Source: Macrostomum lignano
Taxonomy: Eukaryota
Reading direction: 5' to 3'
DNA: 64,000 nt
NCBI GenBank assembly: GCA_002269645.1
Contig: NIVC01001050.1
Location: forward strand, 59,683-123,682
How positions within the stretch are numbered: position 1 is the first letter of the stretch; every line of letters begins with the position of its first letter. Below are positions 11,864 to 39,200 of this stretch, piece after piece. The notes beneath the pieces are model-generated. The model did no database searches, had not been told where the DNA came from, and saw only the letters and a list, made by a program, of their open reading frames with translations. A program made the translations under genes and the position numbers.

Positions 11864-14800
11864 ATGGCGACGGCCGTCCACCATGACAGACGTGACGCCG
11901 GCTACGCCTGGGTCGTGCTGAGCGCCTCACTGCTAGTCCAGTTCCTGGTTATGGGCCTCACCCTCTCGATCGGAGTTCTGTACGTGGAGTGGCAGGATTA
12001 CTTTAACAAGGACTCGCTCGTATCCTGGATCGCTTCAATGAGCAACAGTTTGGTATTTATATTTGGTGAGTTTTTTAGCAAGCTTTTTACTTACCTTTTA
12101 ATTGTCTGTTCAACTAATGATAGTAGCTTGGCGTATCATTTTAAAAATTGACTGCCACTTGTTGATGCTTCCGATTATACAATGCAGTACAATAAGTTCT
12201 TTCCTTGATAGTCGGTCGTTATCATTTTTATTAGTAGCTTTTTTGGAGCGATCCGATTTTAGTCCTTGGAATCGGGGCCATGCGAGCTCGTATCTAATAA
12301 GTCCAGTGCTTCGATGATTTGGAGATTTTCTCTCCGAAGTTTTCAACGGGAAGTTTTTTCCCGTAGCAACGTTTCCCCACCAAGATTCTCCCGCCAGTTT
12401 CGGCGACCTTCTAGCGCTCCCCTGAATCCACGTTGCGCGGAATCTCAGGCAGAAAAAATTTGTGCGGAACAAAGTCTCATGCGACTGCTCAAACTGAATC
12501 AAATCGGGTCATTCGACCAGGGGATTCAGTCAGATGGCTCGATAACTTACTCGACCAGTTTAATGCAATCGTTACTCTCTGAGTAAGGGGTGTTAGACGC
12601 GCCGGAGGGTGCCGCTGTACATATCGCTGTACTTTGGCGGGGGGTTGAGGTGTGGGGTGTTGGCCGCGCCGGCCAGCTTAAAGCCTCTGCACCCGGCCCG
12701 GCTTGGCTCCGCCGCCATTTCTCAATTTTTTTATCTCTTTTTTACGAACCAATAAATATTAACTCGTTTAAACTAATAAATAAATGCCTCGCTTGATCCA
12801 CTGGGATCTGTTTTCTCGGCCGCTGCCTGCTTTTCGCAACTGACTTTGTCTCGTTTGGCTCCTTCCGGCGTGTTTAATCAATACCTTGATCAGGCCACTC
12901 GATCAGTTTACCAAAACGTTGATCAGGTGACTCCATTAATCAATCAGATAAAGCGACAGAAAATTGTTTAAAATATATCACAATGCATTCATATCGAGTC
13001 AACAATCTTTTTATAGCATCAATTTCGATATAAATCCTTTCATAGCAGCTGAAATTTATTGTGACTAATATAGAAGAGCAGAAATAGCAATCTTAAGAAA
13101 AAAATTTCTCACGCCAATTCAGGGCCCCTGTCAACATTTCTGGCATCAATGTTTGGCTGCCGAGTTGTAATCTTTGCCGGAAGCCTAATCTCAACTACCG
13201 GAATGATTATTAGCTTTTTCTGCACGCAGACCTATCAGCTGATTCTGTCCTACGGAGTGCTTGTTGGTGAGCATAAGGGTGCTCGTGGGCACTATTTTCA
13301 CTAGCCATTTCTTAAGTTAAATATCAGACCAAGACACATCCTTCTTTGCAGGTATTGGCAGCAGTCTAATGTACATCCCTGCCGTAACAGTGGTACCAGA
13401 CTGGTTCTCCAAGTACAAGAATATGGCAGCCGGCATCTCAGTAATTGGGGCCAGCGTCGGCAGCATCTGCTACCCGCCACTGCTCACCGCAGTTATTGCT
13501 GAGTACACTTGGCGCGGTAGCATGCTCATCCTGGCTGGCATGCACCTACAAGTGGCTTTTCTGGCCATTCTGCTGAGAAGCGGCGACTTTGCAGACGACG
13601 ACTACGACGACAGTGGCACAGCTGACGACGAGGGCATCAATGGTAGCGTTGTTGAAGAACCGGCGATGGACAACTCAGCGGCCACGCTACGAACCATCTC
13701 GGCTACTAGTCTGGCGATGACTCCGGCGACTGTGGCGCCGAGACGTCGCAAGCGAAGCATCTGGGCTAAGCGCCGGCGCTCGATTCGCGGCATGACTCTC
13801 ATTCAGTTCCAGTCGTCTGCGGTTGGCGCCAATCGTCGACGAGGAACGGCGTCCATCGGCCTGACGCCCAGCCAGATCGAACGATTGCGACGGATGATGC
13901 GCGAGAATGCCGGCTTTCAAGATGATGAAGAGAACCAGATCGAGGAGGGAAGCGAGCAGGAGGCGGCTACGTCACCTCGGGCCGATTCGGCAATGAAGTA
14001 TAAAAATTTGTGAGCCATTTTTGCAATATAGTTTTTTTTATGTATTACTGAGTACGCCCTGGAGAGGCAGCTGGATGCTGCTCATGCGGCCATGCTGCGT
14101 GCTGCTTCTGGAGCTCGCAGCGGCCCTGGCATCGAGACGAATGCCGCGCTCTACGAGAAGGCAAGCCTGACGCGGCCTTCTGACCTGCTGCGCGCGCGGT
14201 GACTCCAACTGGCTGGCCACGTCATCTGGTCGAACGTCGCTGCCGCAAGCCGCTGCATGACGTTCTGTTGCGTCAGACCGCGTAGGCGATGCGGAAGGGC
14301 GAAATTTCTCATATTTGTTGAAGACAATACAAGGTCTGCCAGCCAGACAAACAGAATCGATGCCACACGGCATAAGTCCTCGAATTTTCTTTGATAATTT
14401 CATTCGCGTGTAATTTCAGCGCAGACAATCGCGAATCGGTGCGAGAGCAACAACCGACAGAGAGGACAGACAGCAGGTCGCAGAATGATGTGGCGGCCTC
14501 TATCGCTGCAAGCGACGAGGAAGAAGATGAGAAATCGGCACCAAGCTGCCAGTGCGTCGGAGTCGAATTACTGAAGCATCCCAGCTTCTACGCCTTCCTA
14601 TTGGCCGACATGCTTTGGAACATCGGCATGTTCATGATGTACAGCGTCGGACCAGACTTCGCCGTGTCTGTCGGCGTCAGTAAGACGAACGCAGCTTTAC
14701 TAGTGACCATGGCGAGCGCCTGCGGTACAGCCGGTCAGCTGCTGATAGGCCCTATTGATGCCTGCTGGCACCCGAACACCCTGCTTCTGTTCGCCATCAG

Positions 14801-15877
14801 CATCTTTGGCACTGCGCCCTTCATACTACTGTTTGCCCGGGCTAGCAGTAGCTTCGCCCTGCTGAGTGTGTGGATGTCCATCTACGGCCTGTGGTCCGGC
14901 CTTCAAAACGGTGTGCTACCTGTGGTGCATAGCGATTACTACGAGAGCAGCGGGATTCAGGTGAAGCAGTGTAACTTTTTTACACTATTGTACCGGTAGT
15001 TATTATTTTTCATACTAGCTGATGCCGGGAAATGATGTTGAAAGCAATGAAATTGTCTCATCTCCAAGCAATTAGACAATATCTTGGAGGCACACATTTA
15101 GGTTTAAAACAATTTTTAGTATATGGATTGAATCGTATAATTATATTTTTGAACAACTAGAGTAGGACTTCTCCCTCTCAGTTGAAGGTATACTCCTATC
15201 TCCTTACTATACATTTTCTAATCAAATATTGTATAAGACGATTTCTAACAAACGTAACGTAAATGTAAAGATACATTTATTCTCAATTAAGTGTTAAAAG
15301 ACGGCGAACTTCATATCTCGAATTACTATTTTACAGCGAATTGCATGATTCGCGAGTGTAGAGCCATTCTATTCAAGGTTTACATTGGTCAAACCTTTTC
15401 GGCATCATTCCACAGGGCTCAGCGTTCGGTTACGTGATGCTCTCGGACGGACTCGGCGGGCTGGTGGCGCCTCTGCTGGCATCCGGCATCTACACCGCCT
15501 CGGGCAGCTACAGTCCCGCATTTTATATAGGCTCTACCACGTCATTCACCGCGGCGGCCATCTGCCTAGTTGTCTACCTACTCGATCGTCGACGCCGCGA
15601 AGGCAACTGCTGCTGCTGCAGCTGTTGCCGCAGGAGCGACCGAGTCGACATCATGATGATGAGTGAATCGGACGGCGTCGAAGATGGCGACGCGGACAGC
15701 GAAGTGATTTTGACGCGAGATCGCTACGGCGACGTTGTGGTGTTCACCGCCGCCGTCAGCAACACAGTCGTCATGGTGAAGGATGGCATTGCGCAGACGG
15801 AGCTCAGCCAGGTGAACATGTCGCCTAAATTGAAGCTGGAGTTTAGCAAGCACCGGTGGAGGCGACGGAGACCATAG
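11864..15877 (+). CDS. SLC16/monocarboxylate-transporter-family MFS permease (~668 aa; exons 11864-12065, 13123-13266, 13352-14009, 14420-14960, 15416-15877)
   Basis: Family motifs are present: DAGYAWVV (TM1), FGCRVV (loop 2-3) and WFSKYKNMAAGI (loop 4-5, the WF.KxR.xAxG motif). There are about 12 hydrophobic segments and a large central cytoplasmic loop. All junctions are GT-AG and phase-consistent (1, 1, 2, 0). Confidence 0.9.
14050..14340 (+). mobile_element. Degenerate 3' fragment of a non-LTR retrotransposon (RTE/L2-like ORF2 C-terminus) in MCT intron 3
   Basis: Translates as ERQLDAAHAAMLRAAS...TNAALYEKASLTRPSDLLRAR*LQLAGHVI, matching the post-RT pattern L..F...LR.I...N..LY...P....R.RRL.xAGHV.R. 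It contains an in-frame stop. Confidence 0.7.
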
Positions 15878-16459
15878 GAAAGACCTAAAGGGCGATTGAC
15901 GACGGAGAAAACTGACAAAGCTATAGGTTTAAAGTAGTTTTTCCTTAACGCTCTGAACGCAGTGGCTACAATTCTTGCTTAGAATTTTCGGGCAACACCA
16001 ATTTGGCATTGAGAAAATTTAATTAAAAGCTTACTTCTAAGCTTAACTTACAAACAAATGTTATTTGGCGTTAATTACATGTGTACGATGAGCGTAGAAG
16101 TATATGCAAACCAACACCTTACTTGCTGTAAAAAGCTTCCTAAATCGTTGATAAAAAGCTCATTTATTTTGAAATCTTTGAATCAATTGAAACCATAATT
16201 AACAAGAGTCAATGTTTTAATACGAGCGTAATGTCATTCGGGCTCGTTTCACGCTACTTTCAGTAACTTGGTTGCTACAGACTTCATCTAAATCTTTTTT
16301 TACATCGAGGATGAAAATATTTTGAGTTGATTTTTTTGAAATGTTGAAAATAAGCCGCTTTTACGATTGACCCAAGATACCGTCTAACAGTTCATTAGTA
16401 GCATGCCAGAATTGCTGAGGCTGCAAAGTTAAAGGGTGCTGCAAATACAATTTGACTTA

Positions 16460-17010
16460 CTAGACTTAACTGCAATGGGCTCCGGGCATCCGGATACAGT
16501 GGGAAGGCGTCACCACCCATTCCGCTAACCCCTGCTGCGGTGTCGCGCTGGGAGATCCGGTGGTGCCGGTCCACGAGGTGGATGGTTGCTCATTCCGGTA
16601 GCCCCTTAGGTAGCGGACGAGCTGGCAGAAATTCTCGGGCCTGAAAACTTCGGAGAGGTCCGGGTTTGGGCCGACGTAGGTAAGCCTGGAGTAAAGGCGG
16701 AGCATTCACAGATAAAGTGCTCCTCATTCTCAACACCAGAGAGGCAGAAGGACATTCTTCGCCACGGATTTTTCCGTGGAGGTGGCGATGTCTGGCAAAG
16801 CAGCCGGTGAGGGTCATCGCCACCGCCCTGAGGTCCCTGCGGTTGAGTCCAAGCAGGACCCTGCGGAGGGCGGGGGAAGGACAGGGGACAGCCGCGCGGG
16901 ATTTCCGGCAGTCGGGGCCGTCAGACCACCTCTCCCTGTGGTTTGAAGCCATCCGCTGGTTGATCCAAGTGGTGAAAACTTCGACAGTGCTGCAAAATCG
17001 CAGCAACAAA
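16460..17010 (-). mobile_element. Degenerate 3' end of a non-LTR retrotransposon (R1/LOA/I-group type) with C-terminal CCHC zinc knuckle
   Basis: The minus strand reads W...CRKSR...[23 protein letters not shown]..., then after a frameshift [21 protein letters not shown]. This matches the typical LLxLxRxDLR...LTGH...L..HL...C..C...E..EH..CxC end of these ORF2 proteins. It is followed by a 3'UTR-like stretch. Confidence 0.7.
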
Positions 17011-19620
17011 AATTCCTGTCAGCAAGTCCCTTGTGCTCATCATCAGGGATGAAAGTGATGATATATGTAAACACAGAGGTGAATCCTCTCTGCTCAATCC
17101 AAACCAATGTACCGGGTCTGTTGCTCAAACCTCCACCCTGCATGGCAAAAAGTCTGTAGACTTTGGCCTCATTAGCCTGAGTGCCCTAGCTGCCTCTGAG
17201 CTAGGGGAGTATTGAGCCAATTTGGCTTAGCCAAACTCTTCATCAAATCATCATGATAATTTCACTGACTCCGGGAACAAGAGTAACCAGAGCATCAAAT
17301 CTTTGATCCCAGGACTGACTCCGCCTCAACAGTGCTCGCCTCTAGGTACAATACTTCGGATTGGCAAAGCAGTAAAGATAAAGAGATAGATGTAGAGAAA
17401 TAGGAGAGACTGTGCAGTCTGCAACCGAATTCCCTCATAGTATCAATATCAGCTGAGGCAAAAGGACTCGAGATATCGAGTCCGCATCCTACAGCTTCTT
17501 AGTGTAGTTTTCCGAGTTCTACAAGTATTGCTCAAATCCTTTTACTGTGCTTAATCGCTGCACATGCACATCAGCTTATAAGAAAGACGATCAGATTCAA
17601 ATTACATGGCTTTATGGCTAAAGCAATTCTTTAATATGTGCAGCCAAAACCATTATAAATTGAATAAAGATTTTCGGACTGATTGCAATTGCTGATGCCT
17701 TGGCTTCAGTTATTTTTAGCTATATTCTGTTTTGAAAAATACAAAAACCGCACTAATACTAACGTAAATACATAGGAGATGCCTGTACTATTATCCACTG
17801 GAAAAGAAATGATCACTTTTCGACCTTTTGACCGGAAGTAGGTGAGAGCGGAGAGGCTGTTGAGGGGGACAGACATAGATGGCCCAAAAGATATTACACG
17901 AGACAGAATACACGTGGAAGTAAAAGAAGACGACGTGCCCATTATCATCTGAGAAAAAGATCGGGATGCAATCGATGTGAGCCCATAAGGGAAACAGCTC
18001 GAACTGAGGGCGGGAACAGCTCGGACAGGCAAGGAAACAGGATAGTGAAAACGGCAAGGAGAATGAAACAGGCTTGAGCAGAGAATAATACACATAATAC
18101 AGTGCAACGGCCCCACGTTTGACAGAGATTTGAGAGATCGATGCGCCCTGAATGGGGCATTTTTGACTGATTGAGCGAGAAACCTCGGGATCAGATTTCG
18201 GCCAAAGCCTGTAGTTGCTACCCAAGCTATCTTGCTCTCTCTGTCTGTCTGTCTGGTCTGCCCTTCGCCTCCAACGAAGTGTGAAATTGATCCCTGAATG
18301 CTCTCTCGCAATGCCCACCCTGTGCCACGGCTGCATAACCTTAAGCCTCATCTGTCCATCTCTCAAGTCCACAGCTGTAGAGCATCGAAATTGGTTAGAA
18401 AAGAGAGTTTATAACAGTAACAAATTTGATAAGAAAGGACGGTTAAATGGCCTGCCGATTTTGCCGAAATAAACAGTTTGATTATTCATGGCAATTATTA
18501 GGGAAACAACAGCGACTGTGGTGCTGCTTCCGCCTGGGGGGGGGGCAGCGTGCTGCTGGCCGGGATTAGCGGAGATGCACTTTTACTAACCACGTTAGCG
18601 CGCCAGAAAACTGGGAAACTTGTTTTAAAACGCGTCGCTGTTGCGGACAATTTCTAGCGTAGAAAATGGGAAAAATTCAGAAAATTTAGCAGCGGCAAAA
18701 ATGACAGAAATAGCTCGTAGATAGGCTTTTACCACAGGCTGTTTTCCCGTTTTGTCGAGTGTAATTTAACAAGCAGGAGGCTCGTCGTTACAAGCCTGCC
18801 ATTTCTCTCCAAATGAAGCAGGTGTGCTTCTCAGGCGTTTGTTGAAAATAAAACTACAGCTTGAACTGCCTCTCTTTTTTACCAGGATGTTAAGCTCCAT
18901 ATCAGTAGCAGATGCTTATATTGTCGCATACGCATTGACGAGTAGTCAGCAGGATGTAATAGTGATTTGAGTTCTTGCACTCAGCATCCGTATGAGCATT
19001 TGCTTTTTTGTACTAATTAAGCTAGATAAATTAACAGGATGCTACGAGAAACTAAAGACTAGAAAGGAAGCAGCTGCTTAGGTAATCAACAGGTTAGACA
19101 GTGCAATTTGGAAGACAAATCACCAATCGTTTGAGAAATACGATAGCAAAGCAAACCGTGAATTTTGCTACAAGCTCTCAGATTTGTGTAAACAAGAGAA
19201 ATTAGTCTGTGTGAAAACTGGCGAGACAAAAATAGAATGAATGAGTCAAATCTAAAACTAATAAATAAAAATAAAATAAATGGACGAAAAAAATAATTAG
19301 CGATAAAAATATGGTACATTATAACAAAGCTTAAGTCGTTGATCATTGTTGATAGCTTCTAATAAAGTGAATGAAAATAAATAGCTGAGCCACAACGATA
19401 AGAACTTAAACTTAATGATTCATAAGAGGTGAAAATTTTATAGCGTCAAGACGAATAATAGCAGAAAATTAATAGCAATGGATGACTTCTACATCGCACG
19501 ACATGCTTTGATTGAACTGAAAACTGCCAATATACTCGTAAAAATTGGTTTCCACTTTTTAGACAACCTCTGTATTTGTTCGGCCTTCTAATCCGGTCAC
19601 ACCCAGATTTTTCTGGCAAA

Positions 19621-32357
<12,737 letters not shown>

Positions 32358-35300
32358 TTTGGTAGACCGGTGCAACACTAGCCAAGTTAATCAGTAAGCG
32401 CTGTATAGGTAGACTGTTGGATTTTCACAAACAATGCAGACATTATATATCCCTTTTAATCCTCGTTATTAAGTGAGGCGGAGGGGAGGTGCGCGGACGA
32501 CCCACCACCGGGTTGGACTTGAGCGGGAAAGAACCGCGCTACCAGAAGCGAATGGCGACAGACAATGGAGCTTGGGGTGGGCTTAAACAGTCTGTGCGGC
32601 TTAAAATAAGCACTGTGCAGAGTTGAGTTGCACCTGGCGCCTCTACTTCCAGCGTCTACTTTAGGCCTGCCTGTCGTTTCAACAACGCCGTGAAGCGTGG
32701 GAACGTCGAATTATGGTTGGCTGATTGTCTCCCTTCGGGGTAGGCAATCTTGACAGCTGCAGTGTTTGAGATGGCTTTTGGCTATGTACAGTAGTTACCG
32801 TGCGTAGGCGGGAGCGAAATCTTGAGAGCAGGAAGAGAGTCCTTCGGGTAAAGCAAGCCAGGAGTGATACAGAAAGAGAAAAGATGGAGCTCCTGCTGTG
32901 TGCTTTGCGCTGACTGTCTGAGAAAGTCTTGGGCCTACAATTTCGTTGGGGCCGCCAACTTAGAGCGAATTTTTCTATGCAGTGTCAGATTTAACAGTAA
33001 TAAGGCAACCATGGAGACTAAGAGAAGAAGGGATTCGAACGCTGTCTGCTGTAGAGTTCTGGTGCGAGGGCGTGAGGCGCGAGTATGAAAAGCTTGCGTT
33101 TGCGTGGGCACGGCCACAATGAAGCAAGCTGGCCAGCGAATGAGATCGGAGGGGGGCAGAGGTGGGTGAGAGAAAGAACGGGACTGATGAAGAGAGAGAG
33201 AGAGCTAGGTAGTGGCCATTCCATGAACTTCCCGATAAATAATTTTTTCTTCAAAAATGAATGAAATTTCCGGGTGAGTAGTGAAAGTGATGCTGCATTC
33301 AGGTTCAAGCAGCTGAGGTCACTATACGAGTATGTCACTGTGAAATCAGGCAGATATGAAAAAAATCAACGCTCACAAGTCTAATAGTGTTCTTTTGACA
33401 AGAGGCCTAGTGGGAAGCAGTGTGCAGCTGGAAGAGTGATTTTGCGTCATCTCGCTCGTTTCAATTCAAATATTTCTGTTCTCGGGTTTAGAAACATTGC
33501 TGCTCAAAGTGTTTGGAGCGCGAAAAGGCTCAGGTTCTGAAGTGTCTGCAGTGAGTTGCAAGCGAGTCTGCAAAGTAGTTAAAGCAACGACGTAATACCC
33601 TTTCCCTGCTACTCATGCTCAATCCCAGCCAACGGCCAGTTAAAACTTGTCGGAGTGCTTCTGCGGGGGTTCTTCAACAGATTCTTAAGTGCTACAGCAA
33701 CAAGACGCGCAAAGCAACGTTGCCGACTGGTCTGGTTGAGCTGGCTGAAGAAGTGAAAGCAAAGCCGCCCGTGCTCAACCAGTCGATTTTTCTGTATCGA
33801 TGGGTGCTCGTCCCAATCTTTGGACTGGCCTTTAGTCCGCGCGGTTGTCGCAGAAATGGCTGAAAATAATTGAATCGGCACGAGCAAGCATGCAGAGGGA
33901 CCAGCTCTGTATTTGCCAGACTCCGCAAACCCAGACTCCAGACTCAGTGAGAGCTGCTACAGCCTTGGAATTAAATACAAAAGTGCCATTCCGAAAACTG
34001 TCTTCGATTACTCTCGCCTCAACGCCCTGGCACTTCTGGCTCGAATATTGACTTGATCAATTTTCCAGTTGCTTCCAGTTAAAAAAATGTCTTGCTTAAG
34101 TTGCCGAAAATGGAAAACAAACTTACCATGAGAATTGGAGTAGCACATGCTATGATATGATAAGTGCCGAGCTGAAATCACAGCATACTGATGACACTGA
34201 TGAGGTGCAGAGATGTCAGTCCAATCAAAATATTTAGACGCAGTAGCAAGTTTTAATGCTAAAAATTCATAGCCATCTATATAAGTAGTTACTATATATA
34301 AGTAGTTATATATATAGTCGTTCTGTCCGCAGAAATTGTAGGGAAAATGATCGAGCAGTGTTTGGACAGAGCTCTCTTGAGAATTGACACTTCGGTTGGA
34401 TTCAAGCGTTATTATCAACGCTTGATAATAATCAATAAAAACTGCGAAAAATGTGTGTTAAAGTGCACTAGCAGTACTAGTATGGGTGCAGTCTAACACT
34501 ATAGCCGTCAATGCCAAGACTTATTTGATTTCACTGTTACTTCTTAAATGCACAAATTCTAAAAAATCGTTCCTATCAACATAGCCTTTTTATAGTAGGC
34601 TTTGAATTCCACACGAGGCAGTAACTATCAGTACTAACAGTAGCACTAACAGTAGTAAATATCTGTTATATAGTACACAACTAAAAGAAAAATGACGAAG
34701 AAACACAAAATCCAGTAAATCTTGTGTTTAACAGTTTCCCTCTGGTGCAAGTTAGAAAGCAATTTAATTTACCTTAACCAGAAAAGTTTAGAAGTTACCG
34801 CTTACCCTTGTTTCAAATGCACTGTTCGATTCATTTCTTCTAAAAAAATCTTTCGTCGGTTGATTGATGAACCTCAGTTAAACAAGAGCTAAAATTTTTA
34901 GCTCAAAGTTTATTGATTACACCGGTGCAGTGCGTGGGCCAATACAGTTAATAATTAATTTAGCTACCTATAGCATTATTACGCCAGTTTCCAGTCGCTA
35001 ATTTACCGCCTAAACCGCCAGAGGCGCTCTCGTGTTTTTGTAGCATTTCTATAATTGGATCTTTAGGGTAGCAGAGAACTTCTGAGCTTGGAGCTTTGAC
35101 AAGCCCGGTAAGGGACCTCTGGCTAAAGACCTGGACTGTAGCCACGCAGGGCCTACAGAAGAACCTTTAACAATCGGGAGTATGAAGAATGTCTGATGTC
35201 TTGGATGGCTTTCCAATCCAGGCAATCAAGAGGTCTATGTAGTCGGCTAAAGTCCGACGGAATGAAACAACGGTTTGAGTTGAGAGAGGGGAGACCGGGA

Positions 35301-36237
35301 CAGTGGAAGAGGAACGGGCAAAGGAACAATTCAATAAAAGGAATGTGCTAGAAGCGAAACGCACGCCTAAACGAACAGAATTGCCGGACTGACCCTTACA
35401 CTTGTTCCCTTTACTGACCAAGTAAAGAGAACATTACTCTGGGCAGGTTAATTATGAGTCCTACTATAGTAAAGAAGCCCACACGATCTCCTCTAGCACC
35501 CGACTAAAATATTTTCAAATCTGTTGGCCCAAACAACAGCTCTCTTTCTGTTGTGCAAGAGAGCACTCAATTATAACCTCCATAAATGGCGACCCCAACA
35601 CAGTTGAGTCACATTGAACTAAAACGCTGGGTTGAGGGAAGGCGGGCTTGCTTTGCAAGCCTCTCTGTCCTCTCTACCCCCCGTCAAAGCGGAGTCGACC
35701 TAGAGACGGGGTAAATCAGGAGAGAGAGGCGAGAGGCCAATCTAGTCCAGGTATGTACGTCTTGCTCTACCCCAATCTCTACAGAACTCTGTATAACGAG
35801 CACAAGCGTTGGCAGTACAGGGGAGACCAGCGACACGTACCCACGGTCCTCGGACCAATGACTTGCCAGTCGCGCGTCTACTTCGCGACAAGGGAAATCC
35901 TGGCTGCTGAGCGCACAGCTAAAGCGCTAGAGTCGAGAGCTTGACGGGTCAGCACAAACCTTCTCTCGAGTGGTCTCACTCTCGCGAGTCTGTTATTTAA
36001 ACTTTCATAAGACCTGGAAGACTGAGAATATACACAGAGACATGTAAGAAAAGAAAAATCCATTTTAGGTTGCTAAGCCTGTGTACACAAAGCTGTTTAA
36101 TCTCTTTGTAGTCAAGCGAGCCTCAGGCACAAAAGGGTCCTATTCAGGTGATATCCAAAATGCAATCTATACCAAATTAGTTGTTTAAAACAACCAGATT
36201 TTGTTCAAGTAGTCTAAAGACGCCACCCGAAGATAGA

Positions 36238-39200
36238 ATGCCTGGCTACACTTATTTCTTCGTGGACAGCGTGCCGAAGCAGTGCATCTGCCCGATCTGC
36301 AAGCTGCCGATGCAGGCTCCAGTAGTTTTGACCTCCTGTCAGCACGTGTTCTGCGACTCCTGTCTACGACCGAGGCATAGACGAGGTCACAGGTGAGTAG
36401 ATTTATTGTGCTCTGCTGTCTAGATCATGTAGAGACGATAGCAGGAAAATTTCCTATTATATTTCAGTCACAATCGTGCATCACTGGACCTGGACTCGAG
36501 CCTGATGTGCCCATTGGATGAACAACGAGTGGATAGTAGGAATGTAAGACTGAGAATCATATCGCTGTTCAAAGTGAGCAACAATCGCCCCTTAGACTGC
36601 CTATAGGAATTGCCCCATGAGTAACCAAGAATCGCCCCAGAGTGACAGAGTGACCTGAAATCGTTCTTTAGAGACCTATAATCGCCTCTCTGAGTTACCA
36701 GGAATTACCTCTCAATGTCTTTTTAATTAGTCAAATGTTTGCGCCGACAGTAACCGCCAAAGACACTCTATTAGGTAATTTCCAATCAATTCACCAGGTG
36801 AAAAGCAGCGTTGAACTGAGCAACCAAATTGAAAACTGCATGGTTCGATGTCCACAGGAGCCTCAAGGCTGTCGCTGGGTTGACATCGTCCGAAATGTGC
36901 CGGTGAGTAACGCATGATATGGTGAGAGAGTGGTGAATGTCCAAGGACGGTGCCTTCATGACATTTTCCCCTGATCATTCAGGATTCAGTTATCACAATC
37001 AGTGTTATCACCATCCAAAAAGCAGCAAAAGGTACATACAATTTCAACAGCAGCAAGAAACACTGCCATAAAGGTAAAAAAGAGAGCAGCGTCACTTTCG
37101 AAGGGACCTTCGGAGCCTACAACATGAAAACTGATACTTTATAGAAATTCTTTGGAGTCCTCGGGTCTTTCTTCGTGTGCCATTGGAAATGCATGGTAAA
37201 TATCTAAAGGTACTCATATCGTACACAGATAACTACAGATAGGAATTCGTCATTGAAGCGTTAAGCCTACGTCTATGAAAAAATGTAGTTTTTTGTCTCG
37301 GATTGATTCCTTTATTGCTGCACTCAACAGATTTTATGGCCTGATTGAGTTGAGATACTTGCTATTTTGATCTGAGCGTGGGTAGCTTATTGTCAGCGAT
37401 GAATTTCATGCAATTTATTGCGCATCAGAAATGCAGAACCATTCCCATATTGCATTGTTCACGTCCAAACTGCATTCACGACTCCCTGTTCCCAGAGCCC
37501 ACATGCGGCCTCTCCTCTCTATCCATCCGTCCCTCGGGTCCTTTGAAACTTCACAATGGCAATCATCCCATCTCTCCCCTCTCCCCTCTATTCCCTCTTA
37601 TTTCCTCTCTCATCTTCTTTACACTGAGTGTTTCAATCACTTCTCCTATTCTTTCTTAATATCCAGTGGAATTCAACTTAAATTCATCTTCAACGAGTCC
37701 AAATGTTTGCTAAGCAGTTCTTACGAACAACCCCGACCTGCCTTTATGATAATTCTATGGACAAACTCGCGGCTAAAAGTTACTGGATACGATCTTATTA
37801 TTTAGTTCTCTTTACTCTCTTGCCTCCTCTCTTTGCATGTACATGCTACATACACTCGCTCCATTGTGAAGTACCGTGTGTACGCTTAATTATCTTGCCT
37901 TCACTTCGTCTCTTCAAGTGTCTGTTTCTCTTCTCTTTGCTTGTGCATTTACTACCCAACATTTTTATTCCGTATTTTTTGCCGCGGTGAGAGTCTTAAT
38001 ATCCCAGAACTAAAATCCATAAACTGCTGTGCCGATAACAAATCCTGATGCTTGATTCTGGTGCCAATAAATACTTGACTCTGGTGCAATGACTCTGGCG
38101 CCAATAGTTGTTTGATTCTGGCGCCAATAGTTGTTTGACTCTGGCGCCAATCGATGTTTGACTCTGGCACTAATAGTTGTTTGACTCTGGCGCCCAATAG
38201 TTGTTTGACTCTGTAGCCCAATAGATGTTTAACTCTGGCGCCAAAAATGTTTGACTCTGGCGCCAATAGATGTTTAAAAATCTGGCGCTAATAGATGTTT
38301 GACTCTGGCGCCAATAGATGTTTGACTCTGGCGCTAATAGATGTTTCACTCTGACGCCAATAGATGTTTGACTCTGGCGCCAAAAGATGTTTGACTCTGG
38401 CGCCAATAGATGTTTGACTCTGGCGCTAATAGATGTTTGACTCTGGCGCCAATAGATGTTTGACTCTGGCGCTAATAGATGTTTGACTCTGGCGCCAATA
38501 GATGTTTGACTCTGACGCCAATAGTTGTTTGACTCTGGCGCTAATAGTTGTTGGACTCTGGAGCTCAAAAGATGTTTGACTCTGGCGCCAATAGATGTTT
38601 AGACTCTGGCGCCAATAGATCTTTGACTCTGGCGCCAATAGATGTTTAACTCTGGCGCCAAAAAATATTTGACTCTGGCGCCAATAGATGTTTGGACTCT
38701 GGCGCCAATAGATGTTTGGACTCTGGCGCCAATAGATGTTTGACTCTGGCGCCAATAGTTGTTTGACTCTGGCGCCAATAGTTGTTTGACTCTGGAACCA
38801 ATAGTTGTTTGATTCTGGCGCCAAAAAATGTTTGACTCCGGCGCCAATAGATGTTTGGACTCTGCCGCCAATAGATGTTTGGACTCTGGCGCCAATAGAT
38901 GTTTGACTCTGGCGCCAATAGTTGTTTGACTCTGGCGCCAATAGTTGTTTGACTCTGAAACCAATAGATATTTGACTCTGGCGCCAACAGTTGTTTGACT
39001 CTAGCAACAATAGATGTTTGACTCTGGCGCTAATAGATGTTTGACTCTGGCGCTAAAACTTGTTTGACTCTGGCGCCAATAGTTGTTTGACTTTGGCGCC
39101 AATAGATGTTAGAATCTGGCGCCAATAGTTGTTTGACTCTGGCGCCAATAGTTGTTTGACTCTGGCGCCAATAGTTGTTTGACTCTGGCGCCAATAGATG

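Noticed and set aside
35170-35300. Minus-strand peptide FIPSDFSRLHRPLDCLDWKA, reminiscent of CACTA/EnSpm-type transposase (P.EF.R.PR.L...WKA)
   Set aside because: The match is only ~20 aa, the flanks do not continue the similarity, and no TIRs were seen. A BLASTx search would be needed.
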